DNA from: Chiloscyllium plagiosum
Lineage: Eukaryota
Direction of reading: 5' to 3'
Assembly (NCBI RefSeq): GCF_004010195.1
Contig: NC_057749.1
Location: 10,307,387-10,371,386, forward strand
Length of the DNA: 64,000 nucleotides
Shown: positions 1 through 12,109 of the stretch, piece by piece
How the letters are laid out: every line of letters starts with the position of its first letter
Position numbering within the stretch: position 1 is the stretch's first letter
The notes under the pieces: model-generated
Told to the model about the DNA's origin: nothing
The model's input: only the letters and a program-made list of their open reading frames with translations
The model's database searches: none
Made by a program: the position numbers and the translations under genes

Positions 1-2053
1 ATTTTCCAGCTGTCCCTTTACCTGCGAACATCTGCCTCCAATCAGCTTTTGAAAGTTCTTGCCTAATACCATCAAAATTGGCCTTTCTCCAATTTAGAAC
101 TTCACCTTTTAGATCTGGTCTATCCTTTTCCATCACTATTTTAAAACGAATAGAATTATGGTCGCTGGCCCCAAAGTGCTCCTCCACTGACAACTCAGTC
201 ACCTGCCCTGCCTTATTTCCCAAGAGTAGGTCAAGTTTTGCACCTTCTCTAGTAGGTACATCCACATACTGAATCAGAAAATTATCTTGTACACACTTAA
301 GAAATTCCTCTCCACCTATACTTTAACACTATGGCAGTCCCAGTTGATGTTTGGAAAGTTAAAATCCCATACGATAACCACCCTATTATTCTTACAGATA
401 GCTGAGATCTCCTACAAGTTTGTTTCTCAATTTCCCTCTGACTATTGGGGGGTCTATAATACAATCCCAATAAGGGATTCTTATTTCTCAGTTCCACCCA
501 AATAACTTCCCTGGATGTATTTCCGGGAATATCCTCCCTTAGCACAGCTATAATGCTATCCCTTTTCAAAAATGCCACTCCCCCTCCTCTTTTGCCTCCC
601 TTTCTATCCTTCCTGTAGCATTTGTGTCCTGGAACATTCAGCTGCCAGTCCTGCTCATTCCTGAGCCACGTTTCTGTAATTGCTATGATATCCCAGTCCA
701 TGTTCCTAACCATGCCCTGAGTTCATCTGCCTTCCCTGTTAGGCCCCTTGCATTGAAATAAATGCAGTTTAATTTATTAGTCCTATCTTGTCCCTGCCTG
801 CCCTGACTGTTTGACTCACTTCTGTTCTCAGCTGTACCCGTCTCAGATCGATCTCTTCCCTCACTGTCTCCCTGGGTCCCACCCCCCCACCTTACTAGTT
901 TAAATCCTGCCAAGCAGTTCTAGCAAATTTCCCTGCCAGTATATTAGTCCCCTTCCAATTTAAGTGCAATCCGTCCTTCTTGTACAGGTCACTTCGACCC
1001 CAAAAGAGATTCCAATGATCCAAAAATGTGAATCCTTCTCCCATACACCAGCTCCTCAGCCATGCATTCTTCCGTTCTATCCTCCTATTCCTGCCCTCAC
1101 TAGCTCGTAGCACTGGGAGTAATCCAGATATTACTACCCTTGAGGACCTCCTTTTTAAATTTCTACCTAACTCTCTGTAATCTCTCTTCAGAGTTTCAAC
1201 CTTTTCCCTTCCTATGTCGTTGGTTCCAATGTGGACAATGACCTCCTGCTGGCCCCTCTCCCCCGTGAGAACATTCTGCACCTCTCTGAGACATCCTTGA
1301 TCCTGGCACCAGGGAAACAACACACCATTCTGCTTTTTCTCTGCTGGCCACAGAAACGTCTGTCTGTACCTCGGACTACAGAATCCCCTAACACAATTGA
1401 TCGCTTGGAAGCCGACGTACCCCTCGTTGCATTAGAGCCAGTCTCAATACCAGAAACTTGGCTGTTCGTGCTACATTCCCCTGAGAATCCATCACTCCCT
1501 ACATTTTCCAAAACAGCATGCCTGTTTTAAATGGTTATATCTACAAAAGACTCCTGTTCTAGCTGCCTACCTCTCTTACCCTTCCTGGAGTTAACCCGTC
1601 TATGTGACTGTATCTGAGACTTTCCCCCCTTTCACTAACTGCCATCCATCACATACTGTTGCTGTTGCAAATTCCTCATCGCTTCTATTTGTCTCTCCAA
1701 TCGATCCACTCGATTTGGTAAGATTTGCATCCAACAGCATTTATGGGAGATATAATCCGCAGTAACCTTTAAACTCTCTTTAAACTCCCACATCTGACAA
1801 GAAGTACATATCACTGCAAAGGGCATTTTTGCTCCTTCACATTCTACAGACCCAGAAAATAACACCGTCTTATTCCTCTACACACACTGCCCCAGGTTAA
1901 ATTAATAGCTATGGCTTATATTTTAAATTGAATCAAGAGACTTATCTCCAAAAACATATAATCAAGAAAGAATCCACTATACTCACTACTGCAGCCTTTC
2001 TCTTGGACAGACTTAAAAACAACAATTAACTTATCTGATTCTGTGCTGTGAAC
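1..2053 (-). mobile_element. CR1-clade LINE, 5' portion (5' UTR, ORF1 with Cys-rich region and SGNH esterase, start of ORF2 APE endonuclease); frameshifted, continues left of the window
   Basis: Minus-strand ORFs contain CTSCQMW..HKC, IVLGDS, IVHIGTND and DGLHL (SGNH blocks), then YFNARGL, IIAITETWL and GGGVAF (APE domain). Confidence 0.92.
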
Positions 2054-2054
2054 A

Positions 2055-2494
2055 TACCAGGATGTTGCCTGGTATGGTAGGAAGATCGTATGAGGAAAGG
2101 CTGAGGCACTTGGGGCTGTTTTCATTGGAGAAAAGAAGGTTTAGCGGTGACTTGATAGAGGAGTACAAGATGATTAGGGGTTTAGATAGGGTTGACCATG
2201 AGAACCTTTTTCCACGTATGGAGTCAGCTATTACGAGGGGGCATAGCTTTAAATTAAGGGGCGGTAGGTATAGGACAGATGTAGGGGTAGGTTCTTTACT
2301 CAGCGAGTCGTGAGTTCATGGAATGCCCTGCCAGTAGCAGTGATGGACTCTCCCTCTTTATGGGCATTTAAATGGGCATTGGATAGGCATATGGAGGACA
2401 GTGGGCTAGTGTAGGTTAGGTGGGCTTGGATCGGCGCAACATCGAGGGCCAAAGGGCCTGTACTGCGCTGTATTTTTCTATGTTCTATGTTCTA
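2055..2494 (+). mobile_element. CR1 LINE 3' end with (TTCTATG)n tail
   Basis: RMLPGM..YEERL..LGLFSLEKRR C-terminal ORF2 motif. Near-identical to the copy at 44068-44675. Confidence 0.92.
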
Positions 2495-2751
2495 ACTTTG
2501 CCCAACAGTTCCTCCAAGATTAGTTGTGAATTTCACTGTTTGTTAATTTTCCCAGATGCACTCCAATGTCCAGCAATACACGAATTCAAACAGCAAAGGT
2601 GGTAACTGTGCAGGTTTTCTCTCTCTCCTGTACTGTCCTCACCATGTGCTTCCTTTGTCTGCTCTCCTCCCTTTTAAACTGTTGTGATTTAGAACAATCT
2701 TACCTCTCTCTGGCGTTAATCCTTTTTGGCTTTTTCTGTATTCTGTCACAG

Positions 2752-2889
2752 GTGATCCCTGTCCCCAGCCAAAGCAGTTGACCATCGATGACCTGGAGCC
2801 TTGTGTCGGAGCGACGCGTTTAGATTATTTTGAGGGAAGTGGAGCTGGCTTCGGGATTATCATCGTCATACTCTGCTGTCTCCCGCTAA
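2752..2889 (+). CDS. DUOX2: Dual oxidase, window exon 1 of 20 ([10 protein letters not shown]...LCCLPL; linker after the peroxidase-like domain and start of the first TM)
   Basis: Acceptor cag| after a pyrimidine tract, donor |gtaggt; 138 nt, phase 1-1; translation matches the DUOX motif [13 protein letters not shown]....LDYFEGS. Confidence 0.93.
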
Positions 2890-3784
2890 GTAGGTGAAAA
2901 TCAATCCGTTCCACTGAAAGCAAGTTTTGCAATTCCCTGCTAATTCATAGATTGCTGCTCCATAGAACGGCTGCATCCCAGAAGGAGGCCATTGGTCCTT
3001 CAATCTCCTGTCTGCTCTCTGCACGAACAATTTAGCTCCTCCCATCACTTAATACACCTTCCCCACAGCCCTGCAAGTTTTCCCTTCAGAAAGCCGAGAC
3101 TGAGTCAGTCTCCACCACAATCTCAGGCAACACAATCCAGATTCTAACCAGTCACTGCATGAAACATGTGTTCTTTCCCTTTATGCTGCTTTCTGTTTTG
3201 CTAAACACTTTACAACAGTGTGCTCATAGAGTCATACAAGAGGGAAACAGACCAACCAATCCATGCCGAAGATAATTCCAAACTAGTTCCATCTGCCTGT
3301 TCCTGGCCCATATCCCTCCAACCCTCTCCTATTCATGTCTTTATCCAAATACCTTTTAAATGTTGTGACTGTGCCCGCATCCACCACTTCCTCTGGAAGT
3401 TCATTCCACACGTGCAAAATGTTTGCCCCTCATGTCTTTTTTAAAATCTCTCTCCTCTCACCTTGAGAGTTTTGGATCCCTCCAGTATTAGGAAATGTTT
3501 CTCCATATCTACTCTCCTTAGAGACCATTCAGGACTTTGAAAACCTTGGAAAAATTCCTAAAAACTGAATTGTCCAGCAAGTGCTGTCTAAATTGCAGGT
3601 CTAACAGTAAGTGTGCTAGTTATACTAAATACCAACTTAACATCATCAGTGGAGCTCTTAACATGGCTCATTTACTCTTGTCAGAATTGTCATACATTCA
3701 CATGCCTGTTCTCAAAATAAAGGAAGCCGTTCATCAGTCTTAATCTAGAATGCTAGAGCAGCCTCTAAGAGCCGAGTAAAAATC

Positions 3785-3962
3785 AAAAGAACTACGAATG
3801 CTGGAAAGCAGAAACAAAACAGAAATTGCTGGCAAAGCTCAGCAGGTTTGGCAGCACCTATGGAGAAAAATCAGAGTTTTACCCCAAACTATTAATTCTG
3901 ATTTCTCTCCACAGAAGCTGCTAGACCTGCAGAGTTTTTACAGCAATTTGTGTTTTTGTTTT
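3785..3962. mobile_element. Penelope-like (PLE) terminal-repeat remnant arranged as an inverted pair
   Basis: 3812-3878 is the reverse complement of ~3894-3962. Same family as 59664-59763. Confidence 0.65.
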
Positions 3963-4524
3963 GATGAGCTGAATGTTAAACTCCTGCCGTTGTGTTTCTT
4001 GGACAATTTGTGAATTGCTCAAGAACTGGGGAACCTCTAGTTTCCCCAATGCTTCCTCCATGGCAATGCGTCGGCCAATCAGATATGACTAGCTGACCAA
4101 CCAGCATCTTTTTCTCCTGTCATAGAAAGTGTGGTGTTCATTTGAAATTTGGCATGCTTGCATTTGTTCAGATGAGTGCAAGATGAAAAACATCATTAGC
4201 ATGTCTCCCTTTTCAAATTCTATGCTACCAAGCAACCTCAAAGTAAACTAATTTTGTTAATTCTGTACACAAAAAAAAACACAAAACCATCAAAGGATAA
4301 TTGGATGGGAATTTCAGGTGTTGAATTCTGTTGGGATGTAAAAAACTAAGGGACTGGATGAGGAACTCGGAGATTGTGAGTTCAGGGCAGGTTGTGATAT
4401 TGGAAGCTTTTGCAAATGTGCACCTCTAGGAATCAATCAGATTTTCACAAGGGCACAGCTTCCGTCACACACACACAGTCCAGCCTATGTGTAACTCCAG
4501 TCCCGCATTTTGTGCTTGCCTATT

Positions 4525-5045
4525 AGAATCAGAGAGTCATAGAGGTTGCAGCATGGAAACAGACCCTCTGGCCCAATTTGCCTGTGCTGCCCAGTTTTCA
4601 CAGTTAAACTAGTCCTAATTGCCAGCATTTGGTCCACATCCCTCCATACCTACCCATCCATATACCTGTCTCTAAATGTTTCTTAAATTAGAAAATTGTA
4701 CTTGCTTCCACCACAACCTCTGGCTGTCCATTCCAGACACTCACCACCCTCTGTATGAAATGAATTGCCCCTCTGGACCCTCTTGTATCTGTCGTCTTAA
4801 ACGTATGCCTTATTGTTTTAGACTCCCCTACCCTGGGGACAAGCTGTCGGCTATCCACCTTATCTATGCCTATCATGATTTTATAAGGCCACCCCTCAGT
4901 CACCTGCGCTCCAGGGAAAAAAGTCCCAGTCTATCCAACCTCTCCTTATAACTCAATCCTCTGGTCCAGGTAGCATCCTAGTAAATCTTTTCTGCACTTT
5001 TTCTAGTTTAATAATATTCCTTTTATAGTAGGGTGACCAGAATTG
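4525..5045 (-). mobile_element. CR1 LINE 3' fragment
   Basis: Minus strand reads WSPYYKRNIIKLEKVQKRFTRMLPG and ends in the ctctatgactct tail. Confidence 0.85.
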
Positions 5046-5623
5046 TCGACTGAAAAATGTGGGTTTATCATCAAGTAGATTTTCTGTACTGACGTAGTAA
5101 AATAATAGATGCATTTGTGGAGTACATTTCACCACAGCACTGGTGTTCTCTCAGAATCCGATTTAATTAAAAGCAGAGCTTGATTTACTTAGTCAGCATA
5201 TATCAATGATCCCATGTAACAGGTGCCTCTCTCATAGGCATCAAAGCAAGAAGATGTATCAAGTACAACGTTTGCTTTTAATATTGGGTGGGTCAATTCT
5301 TAACGCTCATAAGTGACATACTTTCAGAGATTTAAGTAAGTTAATCTTTTGTCTTTCGGTGATCAAAGGGCTTCCTGAACTAGTGCTGGTAATTTTGTTT
5401 ACCGGTGAACAATGCAGTATTATTAGTGTCTAGTATAGAATGCATCATCATGTCACTTACAGAGCTGTCTTCATTGTAGCTATAACGCATAGCACTCCTC
5501 CCCCATCTCAGCTTGCAAAGTGCCTTTAGCATGTTAAACAGAGGGCCCCAAGTGCCTAAGGCATTTGACTTGCTGGAACAAAGTTACCAGGATGGATAAA
5601 TGCAAAACTACCTTAACTTTTTT

Positions 5624-5880
5624 GTGATGAGGGGTAACAGATTTAAGACAGATGTCAGAGGCATGTTCTTTACACAGAGAATGGTAAGGGCATGGAATGC
5701 CCTACCTGCCAAAGTAGTTAACTCAGCCACATTAGGGAGATTTAAACAATCCTTGGATAAGCACATGGATGATGATTGGATAGTGTTGGGGGACGAGCTG
5801 AGAATATTCACAGGTCAGCGCAACATAGAGGGCCGAAGGGCCTGTTCTGTGCTGTATTGTTCTATGTTCTATGTTCTATG
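5624..5880 (+). mobile_element. CR1 LINE 3' end, (TTCTATG)n subfamily
   Basis: RFKTDVRG.FFTQR...WNALP motif. Highly similar to 26678-27023 and to the 3' end of 53516-55500. Confidence 0.88.
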
Positions 5881-5966
5881 ACAACACTGATCAATCATGT
5901 GCATTTACTTACATAATGAGGAGAAACAACCAAATTACAACGATGCCTTGAGTGCAAAGATACTTG

Positions 5967-6151
5967 GTGTGGAGGTGCCAGTGGTGGACTGGGGTGAACA
6001 AGGTCAGAAGTCACACAACACCAGGGTTATAGTCCAACAGATTTATTTGGAATCACAAGCTTTCAGAGTGCTGCACTTTCATCAGGCATGAAAGCTTGTG
6101 ATTTCAAATAAACCTGTTAGACTATAATCTGGTGTCGTGTGACTTCTGATC
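5967..6151 (-). mobile_element. PLE-derived hairpin insertion with degenerate hammerhead motif
   Basis: Inverted arms at ~6004-6065 and ~6089-6149 plus a one-sided ~35-nt tail. TSD-like aagatacttg (5957-5966) / aagatacgtg (6152-6161). Confidence 0.7.
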
Positions 6152-6502
6152 AAGATACGTGTTGCAGAGCAAGCTGCTGGGCAAGCTGCTGTCGTGCCTT
6201 CAAACATGTTGTCAAACAGGGAGCTGATTTGTCTGCCCCGAAAGATTGTTTGGGGAATTCTCCTGGTGTTGGCAAACATTTCTCTGTCACCCAGCACCAC
6301 TAAGATGAGTAATTTAGTTGGTGGCACTTTGGGGCTGTTGTTGTGCTGGAGCAGGTGTCATGATAGTCCACATTGCAATCGTGGCTTGACTTCAAATAGA
6401 TTTCATCTGAGCTGTAAAACACGACACCAGAGGGTACATCAGGCGCCACATCAATGCAGAGCTCTCTCTTGTCCTAGCTAAAGCCTCGACATAGTTAACA
6501 AT

Positions 6503-7010
6503 TGTGAAACGTGAAAGATTTCAGAAAAGATCTACAAGAATGTTGCCAGGGTTGGAGGATTTGAGCTATAGGGAGAGGCTGAACAGGCTGGGGTTGTTCT
6601 CCCTGGAGCGTCGGAGGCTGAGGGGTGACCTTATAGAGGTTTACAAAATTATGAGGGGCATGGATAGGATAAATAGGCAAAGTCTTTTCCCCGGGGTCGG
6701 GGAGTCCAGAACTAGAGGGCATAGGTTTAGGGTGAGAGGGGAAAGATATAAAAGAGACCTAAGGGGAAACTTTTTCACGCAGAGGGTGGTACGTGTATGG
6801 AATGAGCTGCCAGAGGAAGTGGTGGAGGCTGATACAATTGCAACATTTAAGAGGCATTTGGATGGGTATATGAATAGGAAGGGTTTGGAGGGATATGGGC
6901 CGGGTGCTGGCAAGTGGGACTAGATTGGGTTGGGATATATGGTCGGCATGGATGGGTTGGACCGAAGGGTCTGTTTCCATGCTGTACATCTCTATGTCTC
7001 TATGACTCTA
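6503..7010 (+). mobile_element. CR1 (HER1-like) LINE 3' fragment
   Basis: The 139-aa ORF is the CR1 ORF2 C-terminus; ctctatgactcta tail. Confidence 0.9.
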
Positions 7011-7124
7011 TAATTGATCACTGTGGATTCCTGCTGAGTGAAAGGAATTCTGAGTCAGACTATTTAGTTACCGGAGAAGAATTAACTGACCTATGAAGAT
7101 ACAAAAATTCTTTTCTTTCCCCAG

Positions 7125-7244
7125 TCTGCCTGATCCCTGCGTATGCTGTAGCTTATTACCGTAAGACACAGTTTAAGAAACTTCAACGAAGGAACAGGCA
7201 CGAGTCCATAATAAAGAAGATTGAACACGGAGCAGGAATAAAAG
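7125..7244 (+). CDS. DUOX2: Dual oxidase, window exon 2 (ICLIPAYAVAYYRKTQFKKLQ...GAGIK)
   Basis: Acceptor ttttctttccccag|, donor |gtaatt; 120 nt, phase 1-1; end of TM followed by a basic stretch, as in DUOX. Confidence 0.88.
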
Positions 7245-8494
7245 GTAATTAGATCGCTGGTTTTCACCTAGAAAAGAATAGTCAATCTGCTTCAATTTCT
7301 GAGCACCTAAAACATGGAAGCTGCGTCTTTTTATCGCCGTGATCTCTTTGTCAAATTAAAGGTCACAAAGTCAGCTGAAGATCAGTTGGTTCTGTGACCT
7401 CTGAACTCAGTTGAAAGCACAAGTTTTCACAAAGTGCAAATCACGAAGATTTTTACGTCTCTGACAAACAAATAAAATGCAGAGCACATTGAAATGACTG
7501 CAAACCTTCCATTTGGTCGATTGTTTAATTACATTACTGATTTCATTACGCAAATGCTTGGATACAGGGAGACGCAGGAGCTAATTGAGGGCACAGAAAG
7601 TATTGCAAAGTTATGGATCTTTCAATTCAGTTTGAAAGTAAGGCAGTTGGTGACTGTTGAACAATGTGTGTGTTATTCCTTTTCTTGTCTCCTGAGGCAA
7701 TGGGAAACATATCTATTATATTTAGAAGTCTACACGTGAAAAACCTATTTAGTTTAGGGATGTGAAGTGTGAACCATGTCCAAACTGGGCTACCTTCAAG
7801 AGTAGGTATTGGGAGTACAGAGTCAGTGAGATGACCCCATCATTCTTGTACCAATGGATAAGGTGCAGCTTTTGTCTCCGTACTTAGAGAAGGCCTAGGT
7901 GATATATAGCAATGGTTCAGCAGACTGGCTTCTAAGTGAAAAAGGCCAAACCTATATTGGCTGGAGTTCAAAAGAATGGGAGGTGACTCCAGTGAAATAT
8001 AATATTGTTAAAGAGCTTGACAGGGGAAGTGCTGAAAATGTGCTCCCCGCCCAGATGAGAAATCGAGAACACAGGGTCACTGTCATCAAATAAGGGGTCA
8101 CAATTTAGGACTGAGGTAAGGAGAAACTTCTTCAATCAAGGCATTGCCAGCCCCAGGAATTCTCCATCTCAGAGGGTCACAGATGATCAATTGTTGAATA
8201 TATTCCAGACACAAATCAATAGATCTTTGGGCTTGAATGGATACAGGTATATGCAGGATGACAGAGCACATGTAGATGATCAGCCATCATTGTCTTGAAT
8301 GGCAAAAGCAAGCTCAGGCAGTCTACTGTTGCTCCGGGTCTCTCACAATCCAATCCAATCTAGTCTGTTCAGGTTAGCATATTCAGCATAGATTTTGCGG
8401 CTCTCATTCTGCTGATACAAACGTCAATTGAGTACAAAGCGAACTGATGTTATCATTACGTTTCCAGTGCTATCTCTTATAATGCACTGGAGAC

Positions 8495-8960
8495 ACTTGG
8501 AAGGGTTCAGAAAAGATTTACAAGGATGTTGCCAGGGTTGGAGGATTTGAGCTATAGGGAGAGGCTGAATAGGCTGGGAATATTTTCCCTGGAGAGTCAG
8601 AGGTTGAGGGGTGACCTTATAGAGGTTTATAAAATCATGAGGGGCATGGTTAGGATAAAAAGAAAAAGTCTTTCCCCTGGGGTGGGGGAGTCCATAACTA
8701 GAGGACTTAGGTTTAGGGTGAGAGGGGAAAGATGTAAAAGAGACCTAAGGAGCAACTTTTTCACGCAGAGGGTGGTGTGTGTGTGTGTGTGTGTCATTTG
8801 CAAAATTTAAGAGGCATCTAGATGGGTATATGAATAGGAAGGGTTTGGAGGGATATGGGTTGGGTGCTGGCTAGTGGGACTAGATTAGGGATATCTGGTC
8901 GGCATGGATGGGTTGGACCGAAGGGTCTGTATCCGTGCTGTACATCTCTATGACTCTGAG
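8495..8960 (+). mobile_element. CR1 (HER1-like) LINE 3' fragment with an internal (TG)n
   Basis: Near-identical to 6503-7010. Confidence 0.88.
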
Positions 8961-9055
8961 TCTAGGGGGACACGTTGTTTCAAGGATAACTTTCTTAGAG
9001 TTAAGTTCTACACTCTGCTGCTGGCACTTACCATTTCTTCCATTTCTGACACCAG

Positions 9056-9249
9056 CCTGTGAGTGGCAAGGACCCAATGAAGTGCTCCGACCAGTGGATA
9101 TATACTTTGATGTCAAAGGCTGCATCAAGGTCCTGGATAGTAAGCGGTCTCCCATCCGCATCATTCATCTCACCAAGGACATTGACATTATCAAATCAAA
9201 CAATGACCAAAGGATCCTGATGATTAAGGTTCCCAAAGAGTATGATTTG
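9056..9249 (+). CDS. DUOX2: Dual oxidase, window exon 3 (ACEWQGPNE...IKVPKEYDL; PH-like region)
   Basis: Acceptor cag|, donor |gtaagt; 194 nt; conserved EW.GP and K.PKEYDL. Confidence 0.93.
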
Positions 9250-10964
9250 GTAAGTAGCCACTACGCGCTGCATCCCAGTGTGTTAGCCAAGGGTTCTTTA
9301 TGTGGAACTGACAGCACTGAGACAGGCCACTCAGCCCATTTAGTCCCAGGGTTTGCAGTGCACAGGAGTCACTTCCCATCTTATTTCATCTGAGCCTACT
9401 GCTCCTTGCTCCCTCACACCCTGGTTCTCCCTTAAAGGTGCCAATGCTTTCACTTCAATGTCTCAGCAAGTTAGTGTCTTGATCAGTTTATCAAAGAGAG
9501 ACAGGAATATGGAATCATCAGATCCGGCATGGTCCTAATGAATGGGGGAGCAGTTTCAAGGGGCCGAATAGCCTCTTCCTTTCCTAATTCAAATGCTCAC
9601 ATTCTCACCATTCTCTGGGTAAAGATCTTCTTCCTAAATTTACCTCACTGCTGATTATTTTATAGTTATAGCCTCTGGTTTTAGATTCCATGCATACGGG
9701 AATTTCAGTTTCACCCATGTACGTTTGCTCTTTATCTATACTGTCAAACACCTTCATGATTTCAAAACCTTGATTAGATCAGCCCTCCTCCTTCTCTCTT
9801 CCATGCTGCAGGCGGTTCATTCACTGTTTCTACAGATGTTTTTAGTTTGTCTCCTGTTCACTTGTGTTATAAATTGTCTTCATAGAAAATGCAGTGGGAC
9901 ACCTTTAGTCCCAACGTGTTCATGCCAGTACTATCCGTTCAGTCAGCATGCTCTGTTTCAATTCCACTTGCCTTCTCTTTCTCTACTTCCTTTTATATTT
10001 TTCGTGTTTTGTTGCTTATCCCGACGTTATCCAAAACGCTGCTACCCCTTTCCTTACTCACATCACCCCGGTGCTCCCTGACCAGTCTGGCAATACTTTG
10101 ATTTTACTATTCTCATCCTTGTTCTCAACTCCCTCCATGAACTCGCCCCTTGTCTATCTCTGAGATCTTCTGTGGCCCCACATTAATCCCAGCTACCGAT
10201 GTCCCCAATTCTGGCCTCTTTGGCCACCCTGATGTCAGAAACCATTGTCTGGCTTTGGAATCATTCTCCCTACATCTCTCTACCTCCCAAACTCTTTTTT
10301 CTCCTTGAAGACTTTACCCCTTTGACCAGGTTTTTGGTTACCTGCCTTCAATGAGCTGGGACTCCAATCTTCCTGCACTCCTATGGAGCACTTTGGCATA
10401 TTTCATTGCTTTAAGGTGCTGTGTGATTCAAGTTGGTATTCTGATCTGATTCCTGCCATTAAGCTACAACATTGTATCTGCCTCAACAGATTCCTGTGAC
10501 AAACACACTTGTCTTCATTGCTCAGACCTTTGAGAATAAGAGTTGGGACATCATGGCAAGGTTGTACAGGACATTTGTGAGCTCTCTTCTGGGGTACTCT
10601 GTGCAGTTCTGGTAGCCCTGTTAGAGGAAGGATATTATTAAACTGGAGAGAGTTCAGAAAAGGTTTATCAAGATGTTGCCCGGAATGGAGGGTGTGATAG
10701 GTTGGGACATTTTTCACTGGAGCACAAGAAGTTGAGGAGTGACCTTACAGAGGTTTATAAAATCATGAGGGACATAGATAAGGTGATTAGCAAGGGGGTC
10801 TTTTCCCTAAGATGGAGGAATTCAAGACTACAGGGCATATTATTAAGGTGAGAGGAGAAAGATTTTAAAAAGACATGAGGGGTAGCCTTTTTACACAGAG
10901 GGTGGTTTGTGTGTGGAATGAACTTCCAGAGGAAGTGATGGATGCGGGTGCAGTTGCACCATTT

Positions 10965-11452
10965 CACAGAATCACAGAATCCCTACAGCGTTGAAACAGG
11001 CCCTTTGGCCCAGCAACCAGATGCTGATCCTCCGAAGAGCATCCCTCCCAGACTTGTTCCCTTATTACTCTACATTTTCCCTTGTATAATGTGAAAGTAA
11101 AGACTGCAGATGCTGGAGCTTAGAGTCGAGAGTGTGTGCTGGGAAAGCAAAGGGCTTGTGCCCGAAACATTGACTCTCCTGCTTTCCGACGCTGCCTGAC
11201 CTGCTGTGCTTTTCCAGCACCACACTCTCAACCCTGACTAATGCACCTAACCTACACACTCTTGAACACTATGGGCAATTCCACATAGCCAATCCATCTG
11301 ACCTGCACATCTTTGAATTGTGGGAGAAAACCCATGCAAACACAGGGAGAATGTGCAAACTCCACACAGACAGTGGCCCAAGGATGGTATCAAACCCGGG
11401 TCCCTGGCTCTGTGAGGCAGCAATACTAACCACCAAGCCACCATGCCACCCC
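10965..11452 (-). mobile_element. HE1-like V-SINE with a nested PLE hairpin at ~11093-11237
   Basis: tRNA-derived head GGTGGCATGGTGGCTTGGTGGTTAG, V-domain tgtgtggagtttgcacattctccc, CR1-like tail. Confidence 0.85.
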
Positions 11453-11473
11453 ATAATAGTCAGTCAACACAAG

Positions 11474-11555
11474 TGGCAGTGGTGCGATTGGAACCCACAA
11501 CTTCTTTGAGACTGTAACCTAAATTTAGTGCCTTATACCACTTGGCCACATGACC
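11474..11555 (-). pseudogene. Degenerate tRNA-Leu(TAG) copy
   Basis: The 82-nt minus strand GGTCATGTGGCCAAGTGGTATAAGGCACTAAATTTAGGTTACAGTCTC...GTGGGTTCCAATCGCACCACTGCCA aligns end to end, by eye, with vertebrate tRNA-Leu(TAG); its stems are disrupted. Confidence 0.8.
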
Positions 11556-11623
11556 AGACACCTTGGATAAGTAAATGAATAAGAAAGGTTTCAAGGGAAA
11601 TCGGCCAAGTGTTGGCAGGTGAG

Positions 11624-11750
11624 GAGAAAGTGAGGTCTGCAGATGCTGGAGATCAAAGTTGAAACTTTATTGCTGGAACAGCACAGCAGGTCAGGCAGCA
11701 TCCAGGGAACAGGAGATTCGACGTTTCGGGCACAGGCCCTTCTTCAGGAA
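11624..11750 (-). mobile_element. Solo PLE terminal repeat with an intact minimal hammerhead motif
   Basis: Minus strand: attc-CTGAAGA-A-GGGC-ctgt-GCCC-GAAAC-GTC-gaat. Perfect 11-bp TSD tggcaggtgag (11613-11623, 11751-11761). Confidence 0.82.
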
Positions 11751-11923
11751 TGGCAGGTGAGACTAGTTTTGTTTGGGATTATGGTTGGCATGGACTAGTG
11801 GGACCAAAGGATCTGTTTCCATGCTGTATGACTCTATGACACAGGCTGTTAACATAAGGCCATCAATGACCAGCACCATACTGTCAACAATAGCTGTATG
11901 ATTTATATTTTGCCTTCTATTAG

Positions 11924-12109
11924 GTTTTGTTCTTTGATGCAGAAGAGGATCGTTATGATTTTATTGAACAGCTGAGAGTTCATCTACAGGCCAATAATAC
12001 ACAACTGAATCTGAAGGAAATGAGTCAGAAAGCCATCTTAAAGGAAGCAGTTACTAAACAGCAACGAAGCAAGATCTTGGATACATTTTTCCGACGAGTA
12101 TTTGCGCAG
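11924..12109 (+). CDS. DUOX2: Dual oxidase, window exon 4 (VLFFDAEEDR...TFFRRVFAQ)
   Basis: Acceptor tag|, donor |gtacaa; 186 nt, phase 0-0; conserved AVTKQQR..IL..FFR..FAQ. Confidence 0.94.

Larger units (their letters stand above)
10505..11840 (+). mobile_element. CR1 3' fragment interrupted by nested insertions (10965-11555 and 11624-11750)
   Basis: CR1 sequence runs to ...gcaccattt (10964) and resumes at agacaccttggataag (11556). Confidence 0.8.

Noticed and set aside
11474..11555. Functional tRNA-Leu gene
   Set aside because: The acceptor, anticodon and T stems have multiple mismatches and the B-box is altered (GTTCCAATC); recorded as a pseudogene.
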